DNA of 29,804 nt from Candidatus Latescibacterota bacterium (GCA_965205655.1 CBDBIJ010000145.1:1-29804); one strand, 5' to 3'; positions 10,183-20,548 are shown, counted from the first letter of the stretch. A program made the numbers and translations. Notes: generated by a model from the letters alone, not told the origin.

Positions 10183-11073
10183 TTAGAACTCGTGACGCTT
10201 GCGGGGAATGTGTGGCTTCGGCTCTTGCTCGGGATGGGCGAGCCTGGCACCGTCGTCCTCCAAGAGGGGCCGCCTGGGCACATATGGCGGTTCGAGCACC
10301 GCGCGCTGAACATCCGAAAGCTCGTTCATCCATTCCGGCCTCTTAACCTCGAAAAGGCCGTCAACGTGAAAACTGGAAAACCTGGGGCTGTACCGGTAGA
10401 GCAGCGACCGGCGCTCGTAGTCCGCCTGCCATGGCAGCGAGCCATGGATGGTGGCCTCCATGAAGATGACCAGGTCCCCTGCCTTGCACGCCACGTTGCG
10501 GACCACCTCCCTATCGGCGTTGTAGAGCATGATATCCTCCGGGCACTTGAAGTTGGCCTTGTGACTCCCCGGTATCACCGTCACTCCACCGTCACCCTCG
10601 CCGATGTCGCGCAGTTGATACTGGAAAACCGTCATGCCGGCGCGAAACTCTCCGTTGGCGTAGGCGAATCCCTGGGAGGGATCACACTGGCGACTGGTGT
10701 GCCCGTGCAGGCCGTGTCCGCCGGTTCCCTTGCGGGCCATTATGATCAGGGGCTCGGAATCCAGCCGCCAGCCGCGGCCGAAAAGCGAGTTCGCGTAGGG
10801 AATGATCTTCGGATGGGCGATGAGATCGCGGAACGGCTGACACCAGGGTTTTTCCCAGGTGAGCATCCCGGTCTCGTTGCGGACGGCGAATTCCCCATCC
10901 ATGCCGCCGGCGTACTGACTGGGGCCATGATACTCATACTCCTCCATCGGGGCGACATTGGTATCGATGGCCGCATTCAGAGCGCCGACCTCGTCCGCGG
11001 TGAGGAAGTCCGGGACGTGGAGAAAACCCTGCAGGTCGAAGAGGAATTTCTCCCTCTCGCTCATTTCTAACAT
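10183..11073 (-). CDS. PhyH-family dioxygenase with an atypical H-G-H metal motif
   Basis: FDLQGFL, GHGLHGH, IPGSHK, AGDLVIFMEATIHGSLPW..RR; RBS AAAGGAA. Confidence 0.8.
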   Translation of the reverse strand: MLEMSEREKFLFDLQGFLHVPDFLTADEVGALNAAIDTNVAPMEEYEYHGPSQYAGGMDGEFAVRNETGMLTWEKPWCQPFRDLIAHPKIIPYANSLFGRGWRLDSEPLIIMARKGTGGHGLHGHTSRQCDPSQGFAYANGEFRAGMTVFQYQLRDIGEGDGGVTVIPGSHKANFKCPEDIMLYNADREVVRNVACKAGDLVIFMEATIHGSLPWQADYERRSLLYRYSPRFSSFHVDGLFEVKRPEWMNELSDVQRAVLEPPYVPRRPLLEDDGARLAHPEQEPKPHIPRKRHEF

Positions 11074-11084
11074 GATCGATTCCT

Positions 11085-12198
11085 TTATTCAGCCCAGTAG
11101 AAGTTGCGCTCGTCGAGCTCCATCGTGTCACTCTTCATCTCGTCCGCGGCGGAGCTTGCCGCTTTCACCCCCTTCTCGTCGCGATCTGCTCTCCCCATAG
11201 CTACCATGGCGCGATCGAGGTTTTGCTGGAACCCCCGGTTCTGTGGTACGAGGTCGGTCGCCTGCTTGAAGTAGTAGCCAGCCTGTTCCACATCCCCTTT
11301 GAGGAAATAGGCGATCCCGAGATGGTTGAAGGTGCTGGCGTCAGTGCCGCCCCCATCCATCAGGCGGTTGTAGGCGGATTTGATGGCGTCGTCGAAACGA
11401 CCCAGAGAGACGTACACCTGGGATAACTCCAACCACAGGCGCGCTTCCTCTGGGGCTTCCTTCAATGGGTCCAGGTAGGTCGCCTCGATGTGCTCCTCCA
11501 CCATCTCTCCGACCCGGGCATACTGCGAATTGACGACATCCTCCAGGGCGAGCCGCCCCGGGCCAGCAACCTGCTCCTCGAATTCCGGCTCGGCAGGCGG
11601 GAATGAAACCCACGCATCGGCTGTGTCCGTCACCAGACGCCGACGATCTCTCGGCGCCAGTTTGGCGATCTCTTCTGCTCCTGACGTCCACGCCTCGTGA
11701 AAGGTCTTGTCCAGCAGCGTGATCTCCACCGGAACCCACAGCCGATCGCCACGCACCACCGTGAGATGCTCGTCCACCGGGAACTTGTGCGCCTCCTGGC
11801 GAGAGATGCCCGAGTCGAACAGCGAAAAGATGTGACCGGGCGCGTCGACGAGTGCGGTCTTTACTCCGGCGTGCTCCAACAGGGCACAATAAAGCGCTGT
11901 GAGATCGTCGCAATCACCGGCCTTCTTCCACAGCACCTCCGCCGGATACTTCACGTGATCGACCGCCGATCGGTCCGCCGACACCTTCCCATAGGGTGTG
12001 TTGGAATCCGGAAAGTATCGCACCCCGTGCTGCTTGAGGGCTTCGAACAGCACCATCGCCCTGATCAGGTTCCTCCCCGGCCGGCCCAGCGACACGATCT
12101 CCTCTTCAAATGCCACCAGCACTGGACGAGCGAAGCTCTCGACCGCTTCGTCAGTGGAGGTGACAAAACGCGATCGCGAAAAAGAAGGGATTTCTCAT
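11085..12198 (-). pseudogene. Internally deleted paralog of the propeller-transglutaminase-TPR gene; only the start of a signal-like peptide plus the TGase-like/TPR C-terminus remain
   Basis: ATG 12198 gives MRNPFFFAIA, joined out of frame near 12170 to RFVTSTDEAVESFARPVL, which aligns with AFITASDPVVSSFARPIL of the 23884 protein. Also GDCDD, PGHIF, WVPVEIT, a TPR, and the tail ELDERNFYWAE. Confidence 0.75.
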
Positions 12199-12241
12199 AC
12201 GTAGCATCTGACGAACATATGGGTGGAATATTGAAAACAGG
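12193..12241 (-). promoter_or_regulatory. Conserved leader/promoter, copy 1
   Basis: Matches 16301-16350; identical core ATCTGACGAACATATG plus GTGGAAT on +, at the same spacing from an ATGAGA start on -. Confidence 0.65.
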
Positions 12242-15150
12242 GCCACCTCACTGTAGCAACCGATCGTCGAGGCTGGACGTGATGCTACATACTACTCGAT
12301 CTCCGTCATCTCCACCAACAACTCGATCAGACCCATCACGTCTCTGTCGGCCGACGGGGTCTCGAGTATCGCCGCCAGTCGTTCGAGATCCGTCAGCAGA
12401 ATCTCGTCGGCCTCGAGCGCGCCGAGGCTGACCTTGAACTGGCGCGCCACCGACGCGTCGACGGAAGGGTCTGCCAATTGCTCCAGCGGAACCGATAGTT
12501 GATGTGCAGCCCGACTAGCCATAGCGAGGCTCTCGAGCCATTCGCCGACGTAGAAGTAGAGGGACGCGGCCCTCTGTTGGTCCCGCAGTATGAGGTCGAG
12601 CTGGTCGCGTGCCCGGCTCAACATGGCGGCCGTGAGCGCGCCGGCCCGAAGAGGATCGAGAGCTGAAACTAGCGACTCGCCACCGTCATCCGACGGATCG
12701 AGCGCAGCCGCCAGCTGACCGAGCCTGCTCGCGAGAGCTGCAACTCTGAGTGTATCGACGCTGTACTGAGTGGTCACCTGCAGGCGCACCCAGACAGCTC
12801 CGGCCTCGTAGGCTGCCCCGTTCGTAGACGGCGCATAGCCAAAAGAGACCTCAGCGGCGCCGTACAAATCGTCGCCGAGCACGCTCCACTCTACATCATT
12901 CGCGCGCAGCTGTTCGTCGAGGCTGGCAACGCGGGCGTAGCCCGAGGGCATGAACATCATCTTGTCCTGGGCGGTGAAAGTCCCGGGTATCTCCAGGTGC
13001 GATACATAAAAGCCGCTGGCGACCTGACGCCCGTTTTCGTCCTCTCCGCGCCACACGACTTCGTGTTCGCCCTCGAAGAGATGCTCGGCAACGAGCTCTC
13101 GTACCGTCTGGCCCAGGACGTTGAACACCCTCAGCCGCACGTCGGATGGTGCGGCGAGGGAGTAGCGCAGGGTGGTCTCGCTGGTGAACGGATTGGGATA
13201 GTTGGGCAGCAAGGCGAATGACAACGGTTCGTCTGTCACCGCACCAACCGGCTCACCGGACGTGACTTTGGCGCTGCTGGCGGCGGGAAGTTCATCGATC
13301 GACACGGGCTGGTCGTAGACGGCGTCGCGCAACACAGAGTTGCTGATACTGGTCCAACCCCTGCCGCGCTTGATGATGCCAAACCAGCTGGCGCCTGGAT
13401 ACGCCGCCACGAACTGGGCCCGTTGGGGCTCAGCGGAGAGGCCCTTTGAGTATTGCTCGAAGAGTGCCGGATCGTAGCCGGTCTGTTCAGGTTTCCTGTT
13501 GCGCTGAGAACGGCGTTTTGGAACCTTCAGCCCTCCGTAGACATGCAGTTCGATGCGCTCCGGATCCAACCCGCTTCGCAGCCCGTCGGTCGAGTCGAAT
13601 CGCACCCAGGCCGTTGAGTCTACCTCCAGCGTGGCGTTTTCTGTGACGGTCAGGTCTCCGCCGACGAATATTTCTCCCTTCCACTTGACGGATCGGTCGA
13701 TCCTGCCGGACCAGCGCGGCTGGCGAACATCGACGACCATGGCTTCCCCCTGCCTGCGTATTGAATCGATGATCAGCCCGCTGGTGCCCTCAAGACCGGG
13801 AAGTACGGAAGAAAGGGCACTGAACTGGCGCCCGTCGAACGGATCGGTTTCGTCGCCTTCATTGCCGGCGTTTTTCTTAGTGTAGGCTGCGTTGTGAGCC
13901 CAAAAATCCAGATTGTCACCCTGCCTTCCCGATTTCGGGTAGAGGCCGTCGGCGCAGACCAGGTCGACGAGTTTGTCTTCTTCGTTATAGTTGAGACTCT
14001 TGCCCGGTTGAACTTGCCAGATTAGCAGCCCCCCCTCGCCCGGTAGAGCCTCGTCGTACGGACCACGTGGAGTCCGCTGCGCAAGCAGCACGTATGCGTT
14101 GGGGTCCCGGGAGTTGCCGTTGCCAATGGGGATCTTGTAGACCTGCCCGCCGTCGTAGATGCCGGCTACGGTCAGGTCGGTGCTGTCGCCACGGACTTCG
14201 ACCAGCTGCTCGTTGTCAACACCGATCCAGCCAAGTTGCTCCAGGCTCCAGGCGCAGAATGGGTTGGGGCCAGATACTCTATCCCACCCGTTGGTACCAC
14301 GCCCCATCAGACCCCAGCGGCCGATGTCGGCACTATCATCTCGGGGTGGTGTATACGGTGGCAAGTCGTAAAGATCTACCAGGCCGAGGGCGTGGCCGAA
14401 CTCATGAGCCATTATTCCCACGGTCATATCGAATTGATTTCTTTGCTCGAGTATGTTGCCATGGTATTTTTTGTCGCCCACGTATATGCCTTCGCCGGTG
14501 CTCGCGCTGATGTCTTCGGAACTCGTGTAGGTCATGAGCAGGCCGGCGATGCCTTCGGCGTTGCCGAGCAGGAAGTTGGGCGGAACCGAGCGCATCACTA
14601 CGAACACGAAGTCCACGCGTCCGTCGTCGTCACCTGAATTGGGTACACCGTCCGGGCCGTCGTTGTCGAACTGCCCCAGATCGTAATCGGCGTCGACTTG
14701 AGTCAGGATTTGCTCGACGAAAATGTCGTAATCTCCATAGTCCCCGCTATTGCTAGCGCAGTAGGTCTTTTTGGCCCATCTCGACGTGTAGCGCTTGGGC
14801 AAGACCGTGCCCTGCACCTGAAACTGACCGAAGGACATGGTGCGATAGAAGGAGGAGAAGCTGTCTGTGCGCTCGTGGTCGAACAGGTCGGCGGCCCAAT
14901 GGGGGATCTTTTCCCCATGGCTCCTCTCGTCCCTGAATTGAGCGAAGATGACCAGGGCGTTGATCGTTCCCTTCGATGGCACGGCATGCGGGCTCATGGC
15001 ATAGCCGAGCTCTTCATCGATGGGCGGGGGTGCCTCAATGAAGGCAGGTTCGATGGTGGAGGAGTCGGGCTCGGCGGCGGTAGGCTGGTCAGCAGTCAGA
15101 GCAGCTGAACCGCAGATGGCGATAACTAGTGCTCCGTTAAGAAATGGAGC

Positions 15151-15179
15151 TTGTACTTTGTCGTAAGTCGTGGTATCAT
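15151..15179 (+). promoter_or_regulatory. Sigma70-like promoter of the IS630-1 transposase
   Basis: TTGTAC-17 bp-TATCAT with extended -10 TG. Confidence 0.55.
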
Positions 15180-15215
15180 GGAGATATATGGCGAATTCTT
15201 CAGGAGGGTCAAGCT

Positions 15216-16277
15216 ATGTGTCTTCATGCTCGTTCACCGAACGTGGCGGAGTCGAAGGAACTGGTGCGATGGCTGAAGCGGCCTCGCAGCGCCGTGCAGA
15301 TGCGCCGTGGGCAGTTGATCTCGTTCAGCGTCCAGGGAATGCGGGTCCAAGAGATTTCGGATACGCTGCATCTGCACGAGGAGTACGTTCGCCAGTTGAT
15401 TCGCCAATACAACGAAGGGGGATTGACGGCGTTGCGCACGCGGGCACGTCCGGGGCGTCCTTCGAAGTTGACGCCGGAAGACGAATCCGTGGTGGTGGAA
15501 ATCGCCAAGATGCCTCCCCGTGCGTTCGGTCAGCCGTTCAATCAGTGGTCGTTGCGCAAGCTGACCGACTGCCTGGTGGGACGGCAGATGATTCCTGAGG
15601 TCTCGCATGTGACCATCGGGAAAATCCTGGATCAGCATAAGGTGACCTATCAACGGACGCGCACCTGGAAGGAATCCAAGGACCCGGAGTTTGCCTCTAA
15701 AAAAAAACGCATCAACCGACTCTACAAGCGGGCGCCGAAAGGCACGGTCGTAGTCTGCTTCGCCGAACTGGGACCGGTCCAGATCAAGCCGCATGCCGGC
15801 GCTTCCTGGGCCCCGCAGAAGCGCCCGGTCCGGCATCGGGCAACCTACAGCCGCCACGGCGGCGTCAGCTATTTCTTCGGAGCCTATAACGTCCATGAGG
15901 ACATCCTGTGGATGCATCACAAACCAAAGAAGCACGCATCGGTCGTACTCGATTTTCTCAAGGCCATTCGGCTGCGCTATCCCAAGGCGAAACGGATCTA
16001 CGTCGTCATGGACAATCTGTCGACGCACAAGACACCGCCGATCCTGCAGTGGTGCAGACGAAACCAGGTCTCGCCGGTCTTCACCGCCACCAACGCGTCA
16101 TGGATGAATCGGCTCGAATGTCACCTCACGGCAGCCCATTATTTCGTCATCAAAAACAGCGATCCCAACGATCATCGAGAAGTCGGCCAGCGCATCCAGG
16201 AGTACCTGAGATGGCGAAACAAGAACACGGACAACTCCAAGCTGACCAAAGTCCAAAACTCAATGCCGACTCTTTAA
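15216..16277 (+). CDS. IS630 transposase; first catalytic Asp replaced by Ala
   Basis: HTH region, RPGRP, WSLRKL, CFAELGP (CFDE expected), VMDNLSTHK, SWMNRLE. Confidence 0.85.
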   Translation: MCLHARSPNVAESKELVRWLKRPRSAVQMRRGQLISFSVQGMRVQEISDTLHLHEEYVRQLIRQYNEGGLTALRTRARPGRPSKLTPEDESVVVEIAKMPPRAFGQPFNQWSLRKLTDCLVGRQMIPEVSHVTIGKILDQHKVTYQRTRTWKESKDPEFASKKKRINRLYKRAPKGTVVVCFAELGPVQIKPHAGASWAPQKRPVRHRATYSRHGGVSYFFGAYNVHEDILWMHHKPKKHASVVLDFLKAIRLRYPKAKRIYVVMDNLSTHKTPPILQWCRRNQVSPVFTATNASWMNRLECHLTAAHYFVIKNSDPNDHREVGQRIQEYLRWRNKNTDNSKLTKVQNSMPTL

Positions 16278-16300
16278 CAGAGCACTAGCAGGAGTGGGTG

Positions 16301-16350
16301 TCTCATATTGAGAATCTGACGAACATATGAGTGGAATCTTGAAGAACAGG
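16301..16350 (-). promoter_or_regulatory. Conserved leader/promoter, copy 2 (upstream of the M6 protease start)
   Basis: Near-identical to 12193-12241. Confidence 0.65.
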
Positions 16351-16374
16351 CGTTGTATGAAAAAGGGGAACCTT

Positions 16375-16383
16375 TGCTATACT
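16375..16383 (+). promoter_or_regulatory. Possible extended -10 promoter for the M48-TPR gene
   Basis: TGcTATACT about 35 bp upstream of ATG 16418. Confidence 0.4.
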
Positions 16384-17482
16384 AAGTCAGTTTAGAATCT
16401 TTCCGCCACTGCGCCCAATGACCCGATCTATCGCCACCATCACTCTTCTGGCCCTGCTCTGCTGGTCTGACGCTGACGGACAGTCGTCTCAAGGGCTGGA
16501 GAAGGGTCATCCAAAGTATCGGACCGCCAGGAAGGTCTTCGCTGATGTGGTGCGCGCCTTCGGCGATGGACGCGCAAAGCCCGTCCTACGCGTCCACCCA
16601 AATGGCGTCTTCAGCCACCAGAAGGTCGCGTGGTTTAACGCCAAGTTAAACACCCTCACCATCGAAGAGCGCGCCTACGACCTGTGTGTCTCGCTGGGTC
16701 CCGACTCACTCGATGCCATGGCATCGCTGATCGGCCATGAACTCGCCCACTACTACAAGGATCACTCATGGCCGGGGGATTTCGGCAACGGTTTCGCCGA
16801 CCTCGAGGTGGGGCAGGCAATCGGCATGTTGCGCCGAGATCTGGCCCGCAGGGTCGAGATCGAGGCTGAGGCCGACTACTTCGGTGGCTTCTTCGCGCAT
16901 GTAGCCGGCTACAACAGTCTCGGCGTCGCGCCTGAATTACTCGCGGCCGTGTATCGCGAGTTCGAGATCGACGAGGATCTGCCGGGGTATCCCTCGCCGG
17001 CCGAGCGCGTGGAGATCGCGCGCCGGTCCGAAGAGAAGCTGCGAGGCCTCATCCCCGTGTTCGAAGCCGGCAACCGCCTGATGCTGATATCACGCTACGA
17101 AGAAGCGGGCCGCTGTTTCGAGTTTATCGCCCGCACCTTCCCGAGTCGCGAAATTTTGAACAATGCCGGCGTGGCGCTGGCTCTCGATGCGATTTCCCTG
17201 TTCGAGGCGGGCGAGTTTCCGTTCGCCTATCCCTTCGAAGTCGATCCCACGACGCGCCTGCAGCAGGCGCAAAAAGCGACGGAGCACACCCTTGACGTGG
17301 GCGAACGCCGCAGCATGCTGCTGGCCGAAGCCGCCGAGTTCTTCGAACAGGCTCGCGACAAGGACCGCAACTACGCCCCAGCGTACACGAACCTCGCCTG
17401 CGTTTCCGACTTGCGTGGCGAGTTCGACGAGGCGCTGTTCTTCGCCGGGAAGGCCGTGAAGATCTCGCAAAAGCAGAATAGG

Positions 17483-17620
17483 TGCGTATTTCGGAGCAAG
17501 GTGGCCACTCATTTCGGTCTAAAGTGGCCACCCAATTCGGAGCAAAGTGGCCACCCGTTTCGGTCTGGAAGTGGCCGTTTTTTGACCACGGCCGAAACAG
17601 GTGGCCGCCATGTGCCGAAA
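17483..17620 (+). repeat. IS21 left-end multiple transposase-binding repeats
   Basis: Repeated TTCGG...AGTGGCCAC-type units at about 23-bp spacing; related units at 21410-21466. Confidence 0.8.
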
Positions 17621-17674
17621 TGACAGCGACGCTGGATAACCCGGCCACGGTATCTTCGCGAAAAGGAGATACCG

Positions 17675-19109
17675 ATGGCTCAACGGAGGTTGTCCATGCG
17701 CAAGATCAAGGAAATTCTTCGCCTCAAATACGAGGCCAAGCTCACCAACCGCCAGATCGCCCAAAGCTGCAAGCTGGCTCGCAGCACCATCGCCACCTAT
17801 CTGGAGCGGGCCGAGAAAGCCGGTCTGCGTTGGCCTCTGCCGGATGAGGTGGACGAGGACAAGCTGCACGATCTGCTCTTTTCCGATACGCTCCCGTTTA
17901 CACCGACCCGCCCGCTCCCGGACCTGGCCTACGTCCACAAGGAGCTGCGCCGCAAGCACGTGACGTTGCAGCTTCTGTGGGAGGAATATCGCACCGAACA
18001 TCCCGACGGCTACAGCTACACGCAGTTCTGCGAGCACTACAAGCGCTGGAAGGCGCCCCTGGAGGTGACTCTCAGGCAGCGGCACCTCGCCGGGGAGAAG
18101 ACCTTTCTGGACTGGGCCGGGAAAACGCTGCGCTGGACGAATCCGGAAAGCGGCGATGATCAGCCCGCCTTCCTCTTCGTCGCCGTGTTGGGCGCCAGCG
18201 ACTATGTCTTCGCCGAAGCCTTCGCCGACCAGAAACTGGACGCCTGGATCCACGGCGATCCTGCCGACGCGCACACACGCTCCAAGAGACAAAGCCAAGG
18301 TGGAAAATGCCGTCTTACATGCCGAGCGCCGCATCCTGGCCCGGTTGCGAGACCAGACCTTTTTCACGCTGGGGGCCATCAACGTCTCCATCCGCCACTG
18401 TCTGAAAGAGCTCAACGAACGGCCCTTTCAAAAAATGGCCGGGTCGCGCCTCGAGCTGTACAACGAGTTGGACCAACCCGCCTTGCGGCCGCTGCCGTCT
18501 CACCGCTACCAGCTGGGGGAATGGAAACAGGCCAAGGCCAACATCGACTACCACGTGCAGGCGGACTGGCATTATTACTCGGTGCCCTATCAGCTCACGC
18601 AGCAACCGATCGAGGTGCGGCTGTCGACCCGCACTGTAGAGCTTTTTCACAAAGGACGTCGCGTCGCCGCCCACCCGCGCAGCCGAGTCAAGGGGGGATT
18701 CACTACCGATCCGGCGCATCGGCCCAAGGCCCACGAGAAGCATCTGGACTGGTCGCCGGGTCGTCTCATCGACTGGGCGGGCACCGTGGGAGTGCAGTGC
18801 GCCCAGGCCGTGGCCCGCATCCTCGATAGCAAGCCTCATCCTGAGCAGGGCTACCGCTCCTGTCTGGGGATCATGCGGCTGGCGAAAGGGTATGGACCCG
18901 AGCGCATGGAAGCGGCCTGCCACCGCGCAGTGGCTCTCGACGCGGTGACCTACCCAAGCATCGCGTCGATCCTCAAAACCAAGTTGGATCAGCAGCCTCT
19001 GCCCGAGGAGGAGGGAGCGCCGTCCACCGTCACGGATCACGACAACATCCGCGGACAAGCCTACTACCAGACCCAGGAGGTGGTGCAGCGCCCCGACCCG
19101 GGCAGTTAA
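17675..19109 (+). pseudogene. istA: IS21 transposase IstA with internal deletion and frameshift near 18250
   Basis: MRKIKEILRL, FLDWAG and FVAVLGAS in one frame; TAILP..PRDKAKVE and HYYSVPY in another. The intervening FGGVP...DN segment is absent. Confidence 0.85.
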
Positions 19110-19235
19110 CGACGCTGAGCGGAGCTCATGCCCGCCGCACGCGCACCGGGTATCCGGGTATCGAATAGGACACGCCACCACCTTCAACCTGGGAGTGTAA
19201 AGCCCTGGGTTTCTGGACACTGATTTGGCGGATGG

Positions 19236-20144
19236 TCAGGCCGCCTTGGACAACTCCTGCTGGAAGCTCCGGCGCACCTGGTTTGGCGTCTGATAGTTGT
19301 GTCGCTCGAGGAGCCACTTCTCGTTGTAGACTCTCTTGAATTCGAGCAGGGCAAGACGGAGCTCTTCGACCGTGGCAAAGTATCGGACCCACAGGAGATT
19401 CTCCTTGAGGGTGCGGATGAATCGCTCGGAGCAGCCATTGCCCTCCGGGGCACGCACGAAGCTGGGCGACGACTCGATGCCCAGGAAGTCGATCTGTTTC
19501 TGGAAGTGGTCGGACATGTACGCAGAGCCATGATCGTGGCGCAGCTGCAGCCCCCCGGCGATACCCTTGTCGCCGCCGCCGAAGTGTTCGCGGACTCCCT
19601 GGTGGATCGGCTCCAGGGCCTCGAAACGGTCGCCTGTGGCCGCTGCATGAATGCCGATGCACTCCGAGCTGCAGTGGTCGACAGCCACGAAGACCGTAGC
19701 TGTGCCTTCGCCGGTGGTCACGGTGGTGGTCAAGTCGGTTCCCCACATCTGGTCTGGTCGCTCGGTGGTGATCGTCCCGTCGTGTGCTTGCGGGCCCCTT
19801 GGCTGGCCGGCGCGTTGCGGCACCTGCAGGCCGTGCTCGCGCATCACACGGCGTACGCGTTCCTTCGAGGTGCGGATGTCCTGCGCCCGCAGCTGGGCCC
19901 ACATCTTGCGGTAGCCTTCCCCGTGAAAGGGGGACGCCTTCAGCAACTCGCGAATCTTCTCAGCTAGCTCATCGTCGGTACACGGCCCTTGGGGACCTCG
20001 TTTCTTCCGCTCAAGACGCTCCTCCGGACGCAGAGCCGCCCGACGCCGATGCTCGTGGACGGTGGAGCGAGGAAACTGCCAGACCCGACACACACGCTGC
20101 AGCCTGTACGGCCGCTTCCTGGAGGGCGACTGGGTCTGGCTCAT
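19236..20144 (-). CDS. IS3-like OrfB, integrase-core DDE transposase
   Basis: GYRKMWAQLR, WGTD, RHDHGSAY, NGCSERFIRTLKE. Confidence 0.88.
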   Translation of the reverse strand: MSQTQSPSRKRPYRLQRVCRVWQFPRSTVHEHRRRAALRPEERLERKKRGPQGPCTDDELAEKIRELLKASPFHGEGYRKMWAQLRAQDIRTSKERVRRVMREHGLQVPQRAGQPRGPQAHDGTITTERPDQMWGTDLTTTVTTGEGTATVFVAVDHCSSECIGIHAAATGDRFEALEPIHQGVREHFGGGDKGIAGGLQLRHDHGSAYMSDHFQKQIDFLGIESSPSFVRAPEGNGCSERFIRTLKENLLWVRYFATVEELRLALLEFKRVYNEKWLLERHNYQTPNQVRRSFQQELSKAA

Positions 20145-20470
20145 CGCTTCGACCTCCGGGATGCCAAAGGGAGTCCATCCTCCAGGCGATGGATCTTGGA
20201 CTCCAGCAACTCGTTGTCCATCGTCAAATCCCCCACCTTCGCTTTCAGGCGGGCGATCTGTTCATCCCGCTCATCACGGGTACGGCTGTGCAGAGCTGAC
20301 TCACCCCCACCCAGGAACTGCTCGCGCCACTCACTCAGCGTGGCTGCCATCACACCCAACTCCCGGGACAGGACCTCCAGGTCCTCCCCACGCAGCAGGC
20401 GCAACACCGCCTCCTGCTTTCGACGAGCGGAGAATCGGCCGACCCGAACACCCTTCTTCTGCTTAGTCAT
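20141..20470 (-). CDS. IS3-like OrfA, HTH plus leucine zipper
   Basis: RFSARRKQEAVLRLL..LSRELGV..W, LKAKVGDLTMDNELL; ATGA overlap with orfB. Confidence 0.85.
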   Translation of the reverse strand: MTKQKKGVRVGRFSARRKQEAVLRLLRGEDLEVLSRELGVMAATLSEWREQFLGGGESALHSRTRDERDEQIARLKAKVGDLTMDNELLESKIHRLEDGLPLASRRSKR

Positions 20471-20548
20471 CTCGAACACTCCTTTCAGGTCCATGTGGAC
20501 CCTCTAATGTGTCCAAGAAAACCCTGGGGCGCTGGAGGAGATCACACC

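Larger units (their letters stand above)
15129..16285 (+). mobile_element. IS630-family element 1
   Basis: Inverted repeats GTGCTCCGTTAAG / GTGCTCTGTTAAA, flanked by TA at 15127-15128 and 16286-16287; CTAG target. Confidence 0.9.
12292..16306 (-). pseudogene. M6-family (immune inhibitor A-like) metalloprotease with internal FlgD-Ig/T9SS-CTD-like domain; signal peptide interrupted by IS630
   Basis: HEFGHALGLVD zinc motif, WGLMG Met-turn, FDNDGPDG...DDDGRVD, NYPNPF...VFNVLGQTVREL...ASGFY. Removing the IS gives in-frame MRHPLLLVIAICGSAALTA (951 aa in total). Confidence 0.85.
19196..20536 (-). mobile_element. IS3-family-like element nested between istA and istB
   Basis: Imperfect IRs TGTAAAGCCCTGGGTTTCTGGACAC / TCCAGCGCCCCAGGGTTTTCTTGGACAC; GGAG duplicated at 19192-19195 and 20537-20540. 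Confidence 0.8.

Noticed and set aside
9322..11070. Long 582-aa plus-strand ORF, and similar ORFs at 8052-9359 and 24823-26262
   Set aside because: They are antisense shadows of well-supported genes in GC-rich DNA and have no recognisable motifs.
15699..15707. A9 run as an active programmed frameshift
   Set aside because: The run sits where IS630 slippage sites occur, but the frame is already continuous as assembled. The run length could be misread.
17483..17620. Regularly spaced GTGGCCAC repeats as a CRISPR array
   Set aside because: The units are short with no spacer-sized gaps, recur at the other IS end, and have no cas genes nearby. They are IS21 terminal repeats.
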